NCBI GenBank assembly: GCA_003344405.1
Contig: NOWV01000145.1
Span: forward strand, 62,001 to 126,000
Direction of reading: 5' to 3'
Origin: Trichoplax sp. H2
Lineage: Eukaryota
DNA: 64,000 nt
Below, one piece after another: positions 1 to 17,500 of the stretch. A model generated the notes under the pieces. That model did not search any database, was not told where the DNA came from, and saw nothing but the letters and a program-made list of their open reading frames with translations. The translations under genes and the position numbers were made by a program. The stretch's first letter is position 1. Each line of letters opens with the position of its first letter.

Positions 1-3165
<3,165 letters not shown>

Positions 3166-3522
3166 AGTAATTGTTTTCCGTGTGTCGCGTCTTTCATTAT
3201 GGTCTATAACAAGTTCTGGCGACTAATTTATTTTGAAATTATTACTTTTACATGAAGTTGCCAAAAAAATTTTAATACCACTTTTGATTCTCAAATGATT
3301 ATAGATTGAGCGTGTTTATTACATTTCACAGCCGTTAAATTAAATATATGTACTATGTGAAATACTTTGATACCGGTTTCTGTAAAAAGCCAGTAGTACG
3401 GATGTATTCGCATAATTAGGTTATTATAGTAAGTATATTTCCGAAACATATTTGGAACAACCTGAAATTCACTACGGCACAGTTTGTATTTGTTACATAG
3501 AAATGCTTTAATATTGATGCAT

Positions 3523-6500
3523 TTATCGAAATTGAAGAGCTTTGATTGCCATTTCTAAAGCGCCTTCTTTTGTTTTGTTACCACCAATAAATCCACCCAT
3601 ATGAACAAAGATACAATCTTTGATCCCACTTTCATTACTTAAGTCGGCTTCCCGTAGTCCACGCCAGTTTTGAGGAAGCGACAATCTAGCATAAAAAATT
3701 TGTTCAACGATAAGCATAGATTTTAATCGATATTTTAGGCATTTTAAGCATATCGATCCACTTTACCTGTTTTCAAACCTCTTATGTCTTTCTGGCACAC
3801 ACTGTACTCTCCAATTGTTATTCTGATCCGAATATAAAACATATTTAAGCGTCGGATTGGTCTGCAATTTTTGTTCAATGACATATAAATGCTCTTTCCA
3901 AGGGCATCCACCATTTTCAAGTAGTATTATTTCTCCACTTTCATGAATCTAAAATGAATCAAAACAAAAGCCGTTGACTTATGAGCTTCCCTCACAGTTT
4001 CTTTTGGTGATACAGAATAGAATACGACCGATCTACTTCTATAAGAATGTAATAAAGTCAATATCGTGCGAATATGATATCAGTTCAAGACTTACTTGAT
4101 GTCGAGTCTTAACCGCAGCTTCAACGATTTCCCTAGCTGGATACCAAACATTGCAAAAGTATAAAATTTTATCTCGAAGTTCCGAGCCAACTAAATCCAT
4201 TGCTTTAACAAATTCTTTCTAAGAGTAAAATTAGTCTAGTTAATACCACCTTTATACAGTGATTCTTGTAACCATAGCAAGAATGTGAATGATGGTTAGT
4301 ACATTGTGTAATACAATATTTATCGTAGATTATGAAATGTTACAATTGACTTTAACGAGATGTCCTACTATATAGTGTGATAGTATGATAACTCGATTTA
4401 GATAAATGCGTTCTCGAAGATACGCCAATTCTTATCAGAGATAAATATGAGCTTTACAACATTTTTAGGCCATTAATAATTGAAAATATTATCTATTTTA
4501 TTCATACATGAATATTATTAGACTATGATAAATTCCTAAATTTAACTCCGATTAACTATGCATATACTGTCGTGTAATAAAAGTATATCAGATTATGTCT
4601 CATTAGCTTTTAAATAGTATTGGCATAAATGAGATAACTTATAACTAGGAACACTCGCATTTGGGGTAGTGTGTCACTAAAATAAGTTGCGAACTACCGA
4701 ATGCAGTCACCAACGGATTAATCTATAGTAGTGGGTAGCATTTAAAATATCTTCAAGCTAAGCTATAGTCTATCAGCTTTCCTAACTAATTAGCTTTCTT
4801 CTAGACATTACTAGTGAAGTAATTACCTTATCGTAAATAGCCCTCAGTTATAGTTAAAATTTGTTGCGAGATCTACTTTACATGTGATAAAATAGCAGCG
4901 ATTTAACGTCGATAATTTTTTTCCAAAAATCATATCACCGTAGTAGATGTGAAACGAATGAAAGAGTAATAAACGAAACAATGCATACAATAGCTAGGCA
5001 TACATAAATTTCTATATTCGCAATATACTGTAATGATTAGAGCAATAAAATAAAGATATTACGATAACATCAAGAAAGATATCTTCGCGTAGGTACGTAA
5101 TGATAATAAATTATGAAAATTAGACAGATCTATATTGCATTAAAGTCTGCCTAAAAAATTTAAATTAATTAGTCAATTGTATGTGGTTGACAGTGACGTA
5201 CATCAGGTAGTGGTTGCTTGCAATTCCATGCAGGATTTAGATGGCTTACACGAGCACTGACGCCAGTTGTAATTAAATACCTGTTGAATGGAAGTTCAGA
5301 ACGCATGAAAATGTTATCTTAATAAGAGGAAATAGAGATATAGAATAGATATCTAAATAATATATTGTATATACACATACTTCGAATATTGTTACTGGAT
5401 AATTGAGTAGTGCACGCTTAAGCGAATTAATGGAATAAATACATCGCCGGTATAATAGATAAAGGTATTCCAAATTCTAACACAAGCAGTAGAATTGTAA
5501 TAGCAACACCTATTGTAAATATTTTTACACTTACTGGTTTTAAACTAAATAAGACAATTTACGTAAGTAATTGTATTTCTAGTCATCATGCTAAAGATCA
5601 TCTTGTGCACTGTAAATGTAAAATTATACAGGTACATCTAAACAAAGCACATCAGTAAAAGTACAACTATAGTAGTCTCCTAAAATTAATAAACACTACC
5701 TCGCCGTTTCCTCCGTTTGAGAAATTCCATTGTCAATGGCATCAATCTCCTCCAAGAAATTTTCATATACTTTATCGTAAATGACATTTAATACGTTTGA
5801 ATCCAATTCTCTATTAGCGATTTCTGTAATAACGCGACGGCCATAATGCAGGTAAATTAAACCGGCACTACTTAATTTCGTTTGATAATTGAGAGAACCC
5901 AGAGATTGCATAGTTCCATCGAAGGTTCTAAATTATTTGTTATATAAAAATTTAAATCGACTCTGCTAACGCATTATAGGTGTACGCACATATATTACAT
6001 GCAGTACTTTAAATAGTATATTGAAAGTTTATGTGTTTTATCCTAGAGTTTAATATCCAATATTTTTGCTGCAACCACTATCAAGTATGATACAGTAAAA
6101 TGAGAAATACTTTTGCTATATTCAGGGTTAGGCAGCTCATTGCAAAATCGCCTAATCCGATTACAAAGCGCGTGTTGACAGAGCTGGTAATTAAAATCTT
6201 GGCTTTAGTATTGTACAAGATCTACAGTATGTTATTGTAACATACTGTACAGTACTGTACTTAAGCAAATTTTTCTGTAAAGTACACTGTACAAGCTAGT
6301 AGTATGAATTTGTAATCACGATCGGAAATGATACATTTCTTAAATAGTCGTAATTTAGGCTGTTGTTAGATAAATTTAAGACATTATATGGAATTGTTCA
6401 ACATTATCAATCTACCTTTGGTGATGATCATAACGATTTTTATCATGATCATATATCCCACCGACATCGACAACGATATCACAGGTATCCAGCAATTTTT

Positions 6501-6654
6501 CATCGCGAGTACGAATAACTTCAGCTGATGTATATTCAGGAAGTGTTTTCAGCATGTAGCAGGCAAGAGCCTCATCACAGTGAAATGTTCCATTGTGTGT
6601 ACCAATTTTTTTCCCCATAGCATACGTTTTTTGCCTTTTAGGCATAGAATACAT
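3523..6654 (-). CDS. MYG1: MYG1 exonuclease (UPF0160 metal-dependent hydrolase)
   Basis: Exons (minus strand): 6654-6416, 5927-5700, 5280-5202, 4218-4096, 3948-3767, 3685-3523, all joined by GT-AG introns. Diagnostic motifs [68 protein letters not shown]. The true start may lie further upstream. Confidence 0.95.
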
Positions 6655-7272
6655 ACTAGAGAAGAATACAGGCAGAGCAGTAGCAGGTCTTTTAGCACTT
6701 AGGGATGTAACTGTTAAACCGTATCGCCAGATAGAGCCTATACGATGAATTATGAAAGTGTGTCAGTATTATCTTATATTGATTTTTGTTTGCTTAATAA
6801 GTATGTACAATTTGCACAAGTCTCGATTGCAAGATGCGATTGGTCTGCAGAATATATAAAGTTCTAGAAGCTATTAGCGGTCTCGAAACTGTGCAGTGCT
6901 TACATGCAGTAATAATCCTAATTAATTAAATATTAAGTATTCTATAATTAATTTAGAGTGCACCAGCTATACTGGTGTAAATTGTAAGTTAATATCAGAA
7001 GCAGCTCATCGATTTGACAATTTAAAGATTTTATGTTCAGTACCACTTGCCTCTCACAATTGCAAATTGAATGAGTTCCGTGTTGGGAATCAGAGTCGTA
7101 TTCGAGTTGCAGCGAAATAGAGATAACCTTTAATAATTTAGAGGCAAATATTAGCAGCAATGATGGCAAATCAGTATACTCGTATTGTACACTTAAATGC
7201 ACATGCTAGTCAATCTCTTACCCTTTTTTTACTGTGATGGAAAATTTCTGCAAATGTAAGCATAATATTTGG

Positions 7273-7890
7273 CCGTCCAGTGTCCAGTGTCCATGCCACT
7301 GCCACTTGACAACTCAACCGACATTGTCAGTTGTACACTCACAGTGTACAGTACAGTACTGTATGACGGTAGCTTTTACGCTCTGTACTGTACTGTACTG
7401 TACTGTACTATAAGCGTACAGTACATTTCACTCAGATAGAGATACTGTACACTGTACAGTGTACAGTACACTATCTCTACCGTCCAGTGTCCAGTGTCCA
7501 TGCCACTGCCACTTGCCTGACTGGCGGCGACGTCGCACTGACAACTCAACCGACATCGTCAGTTGTACTGTACAGTATGACGGTAGCTTTTACGCTCTGT
7601 AGTACTGTAAGCGTACAGTACATTTCACTCAGATAGAGATACTGTACACTGTACAGTGTACAGTACAGTATCTCTACCGTCCAGTGTCCAGTGTCCATGC
7701 CACTGCCACTTGCCTGACTGGCGGCGACGTCGCACTGACAACTCAACCGACATCGTCAGTCGTACAGTACAGTACAGTACTGTACTGTACAGTATGACGG
7801 TAGCTTTTACGCTCTGTACTGTCAGCGTACAGTACATTTCACTCAGACAAGATACTGTACACTGTACAGTGTACAGTACAGTATCTCTAT
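7273..7890. repeat. Tandem array of about 197-bp units (3 copies) built on CAGTA/TACTG pentamers with internal palindromes
   Basis: Unit start ccgtccagtgtccagtgtccatgccactgccacttg recurs at 7273, 7480 and 7677. Units end in the hairpin tagagatactgtac-actgtacagt-gtaca-gtacagtatctcta (best copy 7634-7676). Confidence 0.93.
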
Positions 7891-8170
7891 CAACCATCAT
7901 GGAACAGTACAGAACTGTACAGTATCTGTAGTTTCAACCACCAGGTGCACGAAAATTCAATCAATGGTCTACAGTACAGTACTGTACTGTTCTGTACAGT
8001 ATAGTGTACGGTACTGTATTGCACCGTACTGTACTGTACTGTACAGTCACTAGCTTACAGTACAGTACAGTACGATACTGCACACTCAAAGACAGATCTT
8101 TAGCGGAAGCCCATGTCCTTCATGACTACAGTATAAAAAAAGTACTGTACTGTACCAATGTACTGTACAA
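7891..8170. repeat. Degenerate (CAGTA)n/(TACTG)n pentamer simple repeat flanking the array
   Basis: Runs such as acagtacagtactgtactgt, gtactgtactgtactgtacag and acagtacagtacagtac. Similar short patches occur near 6240-6295 and 55640. Confidence 0.8.
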
Positions 8171-8562
8171 TTAGCTGTTGGCTGCTGTGCAGGCAGCGTA
8201 TCAAGAAGTATCAAGTAGGAGAAATCGAGTCCGGCCGCTTGAAGTCCGGTACGATAGGATTGGTGATACTGTTGCAACAATCGCTGTACAGAAAGTCAAG
8301 TGGAGCAAAACTTTCAAAGTTCACAACCGCGAAACTAAAAAAAAAATTGAATTAATAATATAATACAGTACTATAGCATCTAGCATCTTTTCTTCTAGAA
8401 GTTTGGATAGCACGTTGCATGACGATTGAAATACAACCTGCTTCATTGTATTATCGATTAAAGTAACTTGAGCATTTGGGTAACTATTGACGGTGTATTG
8501 GTAGCGCCAATTGGCATTGCTAACGACCTTTTCAGGCAGGAAGAGCTGTTTCGATCGAAACC

Positions 8563-11500
8563 ATGGACATACAAGAAACTAGTAGCAGTAAAAGAAAACA
8601 AACTAATAGCACTCAAGAGGTTGATGCTAAGCAGAAAAGAAGGAAATTGACCCATACTGAAACTAATTCTAATTATGTAAGCGAGATTTTAATTGAACTG
8701 TTCAATGCCTTCAAGATACAACGAACATGAACTGATTTGAAAGCTAGCCAATGACTTGTGTTATTTCCAAATGGTCAATTTTAACTTTTGAAATTATAGA
8801 TTTACACTAGTAATCGTATACATTGTCAAGATGTATTACATTTCAATATTATATCGGTATCATACGTAAGAAGTTGTTTAATGTAGTTGTATTTAATCGA
8901 CAATTACTACGTAGAAATCATCACCAGTAAAAGGAGTCATGCACTTACTTCCAGTATTTATTAGTCATTCATGTTGTATCATAGTCTTCAGTTGTATAGA
9001 ATTCTATTGTTTGGCTAGCGTTGACTCTGCAATACTGTATGTAGATTTGACACAGACATTGGACACCGGTTGACTGTATGATCTTCAAACAGTGATGTTT
9101 AAAAATTTTTTCATTGAAACTTTTCTTTTTGATAAATAGTACAAATAATATTTACTCCATAATGACTTTGTTAACACAAAATCGATGGGGATTTACCGCA
9201 ATCAATGGAAAGTCCAATTTTCTTTTCGACGTTTTCTACTTCTATCTATTTGTGGTACAGTAGAGCAAATTGCAATCATTTGCGCGCTTGATAGATCGTT
9301 GTGATTTTTTTTTCTTCGGCTTTATTCATTATCACTTCACGCAATGGCTTCGTATTATCTTTCCCTTTGTTGAAATTTTGGGTTCCTTTGAGTACGTCGC
9401 TTCAATGAATTTTGCTCTAATAAGAGCAATGATTGCAAATCGTAAAGTATTTGCCATTTTCAGTGGCCATGTTGGTTTAAGATTAGATATGTTAAATGAC
9501 TGTGTAAAGGAAAAAATTACTTTCGATCCATGCATCGATTTTGAATTGACAACTGGCTGATTATTGCGACATAATATTTACAAAGAGAAATTAAAGTCGT
9601 CAGTTATGTCAGTAACAAGTGTGCAACGCTTGTAATTTAAGCTGCACTACGTTTGACATGGAAGACACGTTTGGTCTATATCTCAATGAGAAGAGGCAGT
9701 ATTAAGTTGTCCACTTCAATGCCAGTTGTAGGAAGTTTTTATATCTTTCAGTATACTTTTCTTTGGCATAGTTTTAGCGAATTTTGCCACAAGAGAGCAA
9801 TGATTGTAAATCGGAAATGATTTACACTCTGTATTTTTGCTAAGAATCAAAGAAAAAGATGAGTAACTTTAACATGCAATGGGTTTACCATAAAATTCGA
9901 AGGGAAGAGTAATGACGAAAGTATTCAATATCAAGTTTCAAAAGTGGTCGTAGCAATTTCTATGCTTTTCAATACATCTTAGCGTCACATTCCCCTTCAG
10001 TGAATTTTTGCTCCAACAGCAATCGGAAAAATATTAGCATTTTTTGTCATCATTTGGCTAGTAATAAATGAATTGGTGTTGTAAATTGTATAACATGGAC
10101 ACAAAATAAGGATTTACTGTTAATTCCAATAAGGAGCAATAACTGAGCATTGAATAGTAACTTTTAAAAGTGGTTGCGGCAATTTTCATGCCTTTCGATA
10201 CACGTTGGCGTTCTAGTTTCGCTTCAGTAAATTTTTCTCTATGAGCAATGATTGCAAATAAAAAATTTCAGCGTTTTATTGTCATTTGCATAGTAATGAA
10301 TGAATTGATGTTGTAAAATGCACAACACCGACGCAGAATAAGTGTTTACTACTATCTTAATTCCAATGAGAGAACTGAGTGTTTACATAGTAAGCTTTAA
10401 TGGTGGTTATAGTAATTTTCATGCCCTTTAAAACATGTTGACGTCGTAGTTCGCTTCAGTGAATTTTTCTCTAATAGCAAGAATTGCAAATCGAAATATC
10501 GGCGCTTTATCGTCATTTGGCTAGCGATAAATGAATAGATGTTCTGAATTTGTACGACATTAAGGAAAAATATATGTTGATCATTAGTTTCAAAGAGAAG
10601 AGCTAATGATTCTATGTTAATATTGTTAAGTAATAAGTTTCAAAAGTCGCTTCAACCATTTTTGCTCGCAGAAAAATGATTACAAATCGGGAAATATCGA
10701 CGCTTTATCGTCATTTGGGTAGTGATAAATGGATAGAAATTACTCAAAGTTGAATATACAACATTTGTTTTTCATAATTCTCAAGAATCAATAATTAAAT
10801 GTTAAGTAATAGTTTAAAAATGACTGTAACAATTTTTATACCTTTCAATACATCTTTTCTTAGCGTCGCAGTCTCGCTTCAATAAATTTGTTCTTAAGAG
10901 GAATAATTGCACATCAGAAAATGATCAGCTCTTTCATGAATCAAGTCTTATTAACTGTAAATTGTATCTAAAATTTCATCTTAGATACAATTTGGAATAG
11001 TCAGAACATATCAACTTAATCAGCAGGATAGTAATTTAAATGATTGATATATACGTACATCCTAAATTGCTTAATTTAATGCTGCCCTTGGGATAAAGTA
11101 ACAGTACATACATAGTCATGTGTGTATGTTTGCAGTAGGGTTAGCTCTTAAACTTTAGAATAATCTTGTAATCTATCAAATTAGCCAATCATTTAAATGA
11201 CCTACCTTGCATATAGACTGCTGAATGCAGATATTATTAACTAAGCTTACCTTACTGTTTCATGCTGAGAATTTCTTGGCTCGCTTTGTATCACTTAAAT
11301 AAGATTTATGTTTTTGTTGATATTGTCTTTTTTAACCATCCACTACGATCGTTATTTTATCTACTTTTTTACTACAAAATAAACGATATAAATTAGTTAA
11401 ATTGCTTACATTAGGTAGTAACCTGATACTATTTTTACAGAGAATTCATTAAAATACGTACAGTATAGAAAGAGCGAAATCATGCACGCATTATTGAAAT

Positions 11501-14500
11501 TTTTTAAGCTGGTTATCAACGTTGTGTGGTCAAACTGATTCACCAGTGTGTGCAATAATTCATTAGTGTATTGCGTAAGTGGTTATCTTCTCCAGTGTTT
11601 TATTAGCAATTGAATCATATAAGAACTAATCATATAGTCGCTGCAGTATAATGATAATATAAAATGAAGCCTTTCCACTGGTGACCTTGTTAATTTCAGC
11701 GATACAGATTTACGTAAACTACGATTTATAGCAGCGGTTCTTCACTATCTTTATTTCATATTTGTAACAATTTCTTAAATAACGATTGTACGATGAGAGA
11801 ATTATTGATATAACTAAAAGAGAGATACTGCAATTTTTATTAACTAAATAACGCAGCCATAAGTTTCTATGATCTTGCTATAAAGCTAGTAGAAAAACGC
11901 CTTCGATTTCAGTACCCTAAATGTGTTGAAAGACTTAGTATTGCTTATGCAGAAGCTCACGTATTCATTTTCAATACTCAATAATTGCTTTACTTGCACT
12001 TTCTATGCTAGATTGAAGAATTTAACAATAAAGGTAATGCGACCGTTTCTGGTAATAGCAAAAGTACTATGAGAAAGCTTATAAATGACGTCCGACAACT
12101 AAAAGATGATACCGGTAGATTAATTTGTGAGATGTTTATCGAGCTGCCTTCACAAGAGGTAAGATCATATCAATAATGCAGCACTTGCATAGCTATTGGT
12201 ACGGCTTCATTTTAAATTTTTAATCGAACTACACTTTAGCTCAGTACACTCCTAGAATACTGTAGGTAGTCGTTGATATCCGTATCAGATCTTAATTGCA
12301 GGAGAAATATTTAATAAAAATCTTTGTTTCAAGTTGCATTCTGCGAATCATAACAACGACATTAGTGCACAAGACAGTAATAATATAAATAACTAAAATT
12401 GAGTGATTATATTATTAATAAGCCAATCTTTATTAACAAATGCTGCACTAAGTGTAAATACAATATCTCTGGTAGGGAGTTGTGAGATAAATAATTCGGT
12501 ATTGCTGTGTACAGTACTCACTTAATAGTCGGCTCACAACTGTATAAGTCTATTATTAGATGATGTTTGATTTATATTATGTCGCGTAAAAGCTAATCAA
12601 TTTGTAATGCTTATACTATATATTTTATTTAATGGTCACTGTATCGCTTGCGAACTTCCTAGGAATATCCTGACTACTATGTTATTATAAAGGAGCCAAT
12701 CGATCTTACCATCATAGATCGACGCCTTAAGGTAATACTAGTGATTAGTAACGAATCTACAACTTGATTAGATTTAAATAAAATACTTAAATATCATATA
12801 GGTACCATCCAGTATCATAAAAGCCAAGTATTGATATTGTCATTGTAATTATGAAATTTTGAACTCATTAACATCATCTGAATAATTGTTTTGCTTTCAT
12901 CAGGGAGGACACTATAGAGACTTATTAGGACTGCGAGACGATCTTCTTCTAATGATTAAAAATGCTCATAAATTTAACCAACCTGGTTCGTCTATCTACC
13001 AAGTTAGTATTATGATGGCCATAGCATGTAGACATATTTGGGTTTTGTAATTGGTATTGTAGTTTCTTAATGTAAGATTTTAAGCGATTAAGAGGGAATA
13101 TCGTGAATGTGCCAGTCAAGCATTGTATATAGATTACACAGTTTGGATGTCGTGTTGCAATTATCTTATGGCTAAAACAGCAATGCTATAGTGGCGTCAT
13201 TACTTAGTGTGCATAGCACTTTGTTAGTATTATAAGTAGGGTTTGTTAATGTTTTGTTTTATCGATTTAATGTTGATCGTTTTGAACCGTTCGGACTGTA
13301 CTGATACTGATTACAGCCATTTAAAAATAACGCTTGTTCTGGTACATAATGTTAAACAAATTTTACTTATCATTTATGATGATACATTCCTTGCAGTATT
13401 CATGGCTTTTAAATTTAATTTATGCAACAAAATTTTATATTGTATAATCTTGCATTGTATATAATGATCTAACCATGATAAGTTGCCGTAGCAATAACTA
13501 ATCGAGTACTAAAAATTTATTACAAGGATGCTACAATTATTAAGAAAAGCGTAAATGTGTTTTGCAACAAGCTTCAAAGTGCCAGTGGAGAGCAATCAAT
13601 TTCAAGTAGAGCTTCGACTACGTAAGTAAATAATGACAAAGAGTTTGAAATTAATGTCGTGTCGAAATTATTACTAACTAGGTTCTAAAATAGTGATCCT
13701 TAATTTCGAAGTAATTTATTTGTAAATATCGTGAAGCATTAATGTTGAATTAAAATTATATTTTTCAGTGTTAGTGAAGAAGCTTCATCGGTTGCTAATG
13801 CGTCCGAGGTAAGGCTACAGAACGTGCTAATAGTATTAGCCATTGCAGTCATATTTATTAATTTTTTGTAACTTTAGGACGAGAAAAAGGAAGAAGTAAA
13901 CATATACTTTACATTATACGATACAGTAACAGAATTTATCAATTCTAATGATCAAAGTTTGTCAGATGAACTCACCAAGTTGCCATCCAAAAAGTTCGTT
14001 TAAGAATCTAATTATCATTCAATAAATCTAATTACTGTATTGAGAAAATTCTCATCAAGTCAACAGCATTTAAAGCAAGTTTTTCTTTACCAATAGGGCA
14101 AACCGAGCATATTACGAAGTGGTGAAAAATCCCTTAAGTTTATTCAAAATTCAATCAAGACTACGAGTAAGTAATTAAATAAAATGATAGTTATTATTGT
14201 AAGTAGTTAGGCATTGTTAGTGAAACTGTTAGAATTACTTTACGTTAAAAAGTTGGTAAGTAATTACTTAGTAAGGTTTAAAAAATAAAGAATTTGTTTT
14301 AAAGTTTATTTCGTAATGTTATTCTTACAGGCAAACTATTATGATAAACTGGAGAAGTTGTATGATGATTTAGATCTCACTTTGCAAAATACTCAACTCG
14401 TTAATGAATCTTCTTCCAAAGTATATAAGGTAGATATCTTTGCAAAACTTGCAATTTGTTAATTTTTTATCATGATAGACTTTAATTTGTCATGTTAGTG

Positions 14501-17500
14501 GACGAGTTACTTAATTACCGTAAATGCAACAATCTATAGGATGCGACTAAATTAAGGTCCATACTCAAGGGGAAATACCGAACTTTGTCAAAGGTCTATT
14601 TATCGCGTAATTTATAATATTCTTTGAAACTATTTATATCACTGTTTCTGACTGACTGTCATCAACACTTTCGTGAGATAGTTAGGAGAGATGCATCAAA
14701 GTCCGAAAAAAGACAATAATTCAACTTCATCTATAACCGATCCTGGTGAAAGTATTGCAGGTTTAGATAATGAAATAGTCCAACTAATAAATTTCTTAAA
14801 TATGAAATCAAATTTTACGTAATTATAGTATCATAATCGAATAATATATGGAGAGACAATTATTATTTTTAGAAAGTGATACCAACGACAGCACTAAAAA
14901 AATGGCTTTGAAAAAACTGTTGAAGCAATTATTTAAAGTCATAGTTACGAAAAAGGTGGACCTATTTCGTTGTCTACTGCATTATTTTAATTTGCGAACC
15001 TTTTCTTGAAAATTAATAATCCTTTGCTTTTATTTAAATTTTGATAGGATAAGAGCGGTAGACTTCTTTGTGATATTTTTTGGAAATTACCGTCAAAAAA
15101 GGTTACACTATTATGATTATTTATACATCATCTACTCACTTTTAGACTTGTCAAATTACCCCTATATTTATACTCGTGTCTGGCTTATTTAGACTGCCAG
15201 CTCTCACATGTTTGAATTCTGTAAGGGTCAAGGCACTAACATTTCATTTGCTTTTTTGATACAACAACCTAGACGTACCCATCGTACTACAGCGTCATAA
15301 AAAAACCAATTGATTTAACTCAAATCGAAAGAAGAATCAAATTGTGCAAGGTTTGACTTCTTATTTTATTATGGTGATGATTCTTGGTTTTAATTCCGAT
15401 ATTTGCTGCACCTTTAACAGTATGATAGTGAAGAAGGTCTGCTAGACGATTTCAAATTAATGTTTGATAACGCAAAAACTTTTAATGAGGAAGGATCTCA
15501 AATTTATGAAGTAAGCCATAGCCTTAAAATTCGAAGTTTAATACGTTGGACGATTTGGTAGCTAATTGATCAATTTATTGTTATAGGATGCATTAGACCT
15601 TGAAAGGCTTCTCTTAAGCAAACATAACAATTTAAAATTAAGTAGGCATCATCTGTCACAGTATTCGAACGTTTATAATTATATTTCATACTACTTGATG
15701 ACTGAACCTCGCTAATACTGTTAAAATTTTTGTTGTGTATTATACTAAAAATGCATAAGTAGAATCAAGTGGAAGTAATACCCCAATCAAATCTGCACGA
15801 CATGGTAAAATAAATAGCAGGTAACATGGCAATTAGATACATGAGATTATATTTTTACTCTATGTAATACTGATTTTTCTCTTGACGCGTATAATTTATG
15901 TAGGATTTTACCTAATGATACTTCAACCAATGGACGAATAAATGTGATCCTAGATGCAATAGATGACTATACTGTATGTTAATATTGCTATAGAATAAAA
16001 ATATCTTACAGATTAGTATATGATTGGTTTTCGTCGTATGCAGGATGAAAGTGGAGCAAATATCTCAGAACCCTTCCTAGAATTACCTTCGCGATCGGTT
16101 AGTTATTTTCAAATTATTCATTTTCTATGGGGTGGTGTGAAACTTACCATTTTTTGAATAGGAATATCCGGATTATTATGATGTAGTCACCAAACCTATA
16201 GATATCGCAATGGTTAAAGCTAAAAATGACGCTGATGAGGTATCTTACCGATATTCATCTTTGTTTATATGGGTGCAAGATACTGCAAAAATCTTTTAAA
16301 TTGACAGTATTGGGGATATCTGGAGTTTAATAATATTTTGTGTAAAAATAGACGTCGTATCAGTCATCACATGTTATGTAATGAAATAAAAATTCTAAAG
16401 CGTCCTTTTCTAATTAATTAATTTTAAGTATGGCTCCATTGAAGATGCAGTATCTGATTTGCTATTAGTGTTTGAAAATTCTTGCAAGTACAATGACCCC
16501 GAATCACAAATATACAAGGTATATCGTAATTTATTTTATTGACTACAAATTAGTTAGCTAATATTGCGTTACCGAATTTTATATTAATAGGATGCTTTAA
16601 AATTGCATGACTTCGTAGTAGCGAAGCAAATAGAACTTGAAGGTATAGATACTTTAATTAAGGTGTCGATCGAAACTAACGCTTAATTAGATAATATTTA
16701 TCACTGCTCCTATATAGGTCGTGGGAATTGCACTATTCCTAATGTTAGTATCGCTATGCAAGATCTTCTTCAGATGATATTCGGCTCTTTAGTAACAACC
16801 AAGGTAGAAGAATAGGCTGAGAATTAATATTTTAGTAAAACGTATTCCACTTTTAATTAGAGTTTTGACTGTACAATCAATAGATTGGATCACATAGTCC
16901 TTATCGCTCAATTGTTGAATTCAGTCGTCGTCGAAAGAGTAAAGACCAAAAGAAGTAAGTTGACTTTACACCAACAATACTATTTCAAATTTTTTTGTTA
17001 ACGTTGCCATAAATTAGATTCACTTCGTCTGTAAATAGTGCTCCTAAGTTGGATCTAAGTGAAATATGGGAAATGCTCAGAAAGGTAAACATGTAACAGA
17101 CACATTTCTAAAGTCGTTGCTAAATAAAAATATTGAAGTTTTCACTTGCCCTTGATCCTTCTGTATTTAGAAGGAATATCGAAGTCTAAATAAACTTCAG
17201 AATGACCTGTTCTCTATCATAGTGGACGTTCGCAAGAATGTTGGCTTAGACTCGCAGGTATGCGCATACTACTTTAAAGTATATTACTTGGCAAGGTATC
17301 AACTTACTCACAAAAAGGATTTGTTCAGAATCATTTTATAAAGACTTTTAAATGAAATTTACGGTTTTCTTGTAACTCATCAATGATGTATAATTGTCTA
17401 GCATTTTGCGGACGCAGTGCATTTGCAAAAGCTTTTCATACAAGAACGCGATCGCCTTAGTGATGAACGCCTACAATCAGTGGCCTTAAATTACACTTTA

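Noticed and set aside
7546-7931. ORF-track ORFs 7546-7746, 7625-7900 and 7656-7931
   Set aside because: They are translations of the CAGTA-rich tandem array (TVQYSTV-type peptides) with no protein signature.
8086-8655. ORFs at 8086-8280, 8158-8355, 8178-8363, 8458-8655 and 8468-8650 as separate genes or a transposase remnant
   Set aside because: No recognisable motifs. The region is better explained as the PBRM1 5' UTR plus a first coding exon in another frame.
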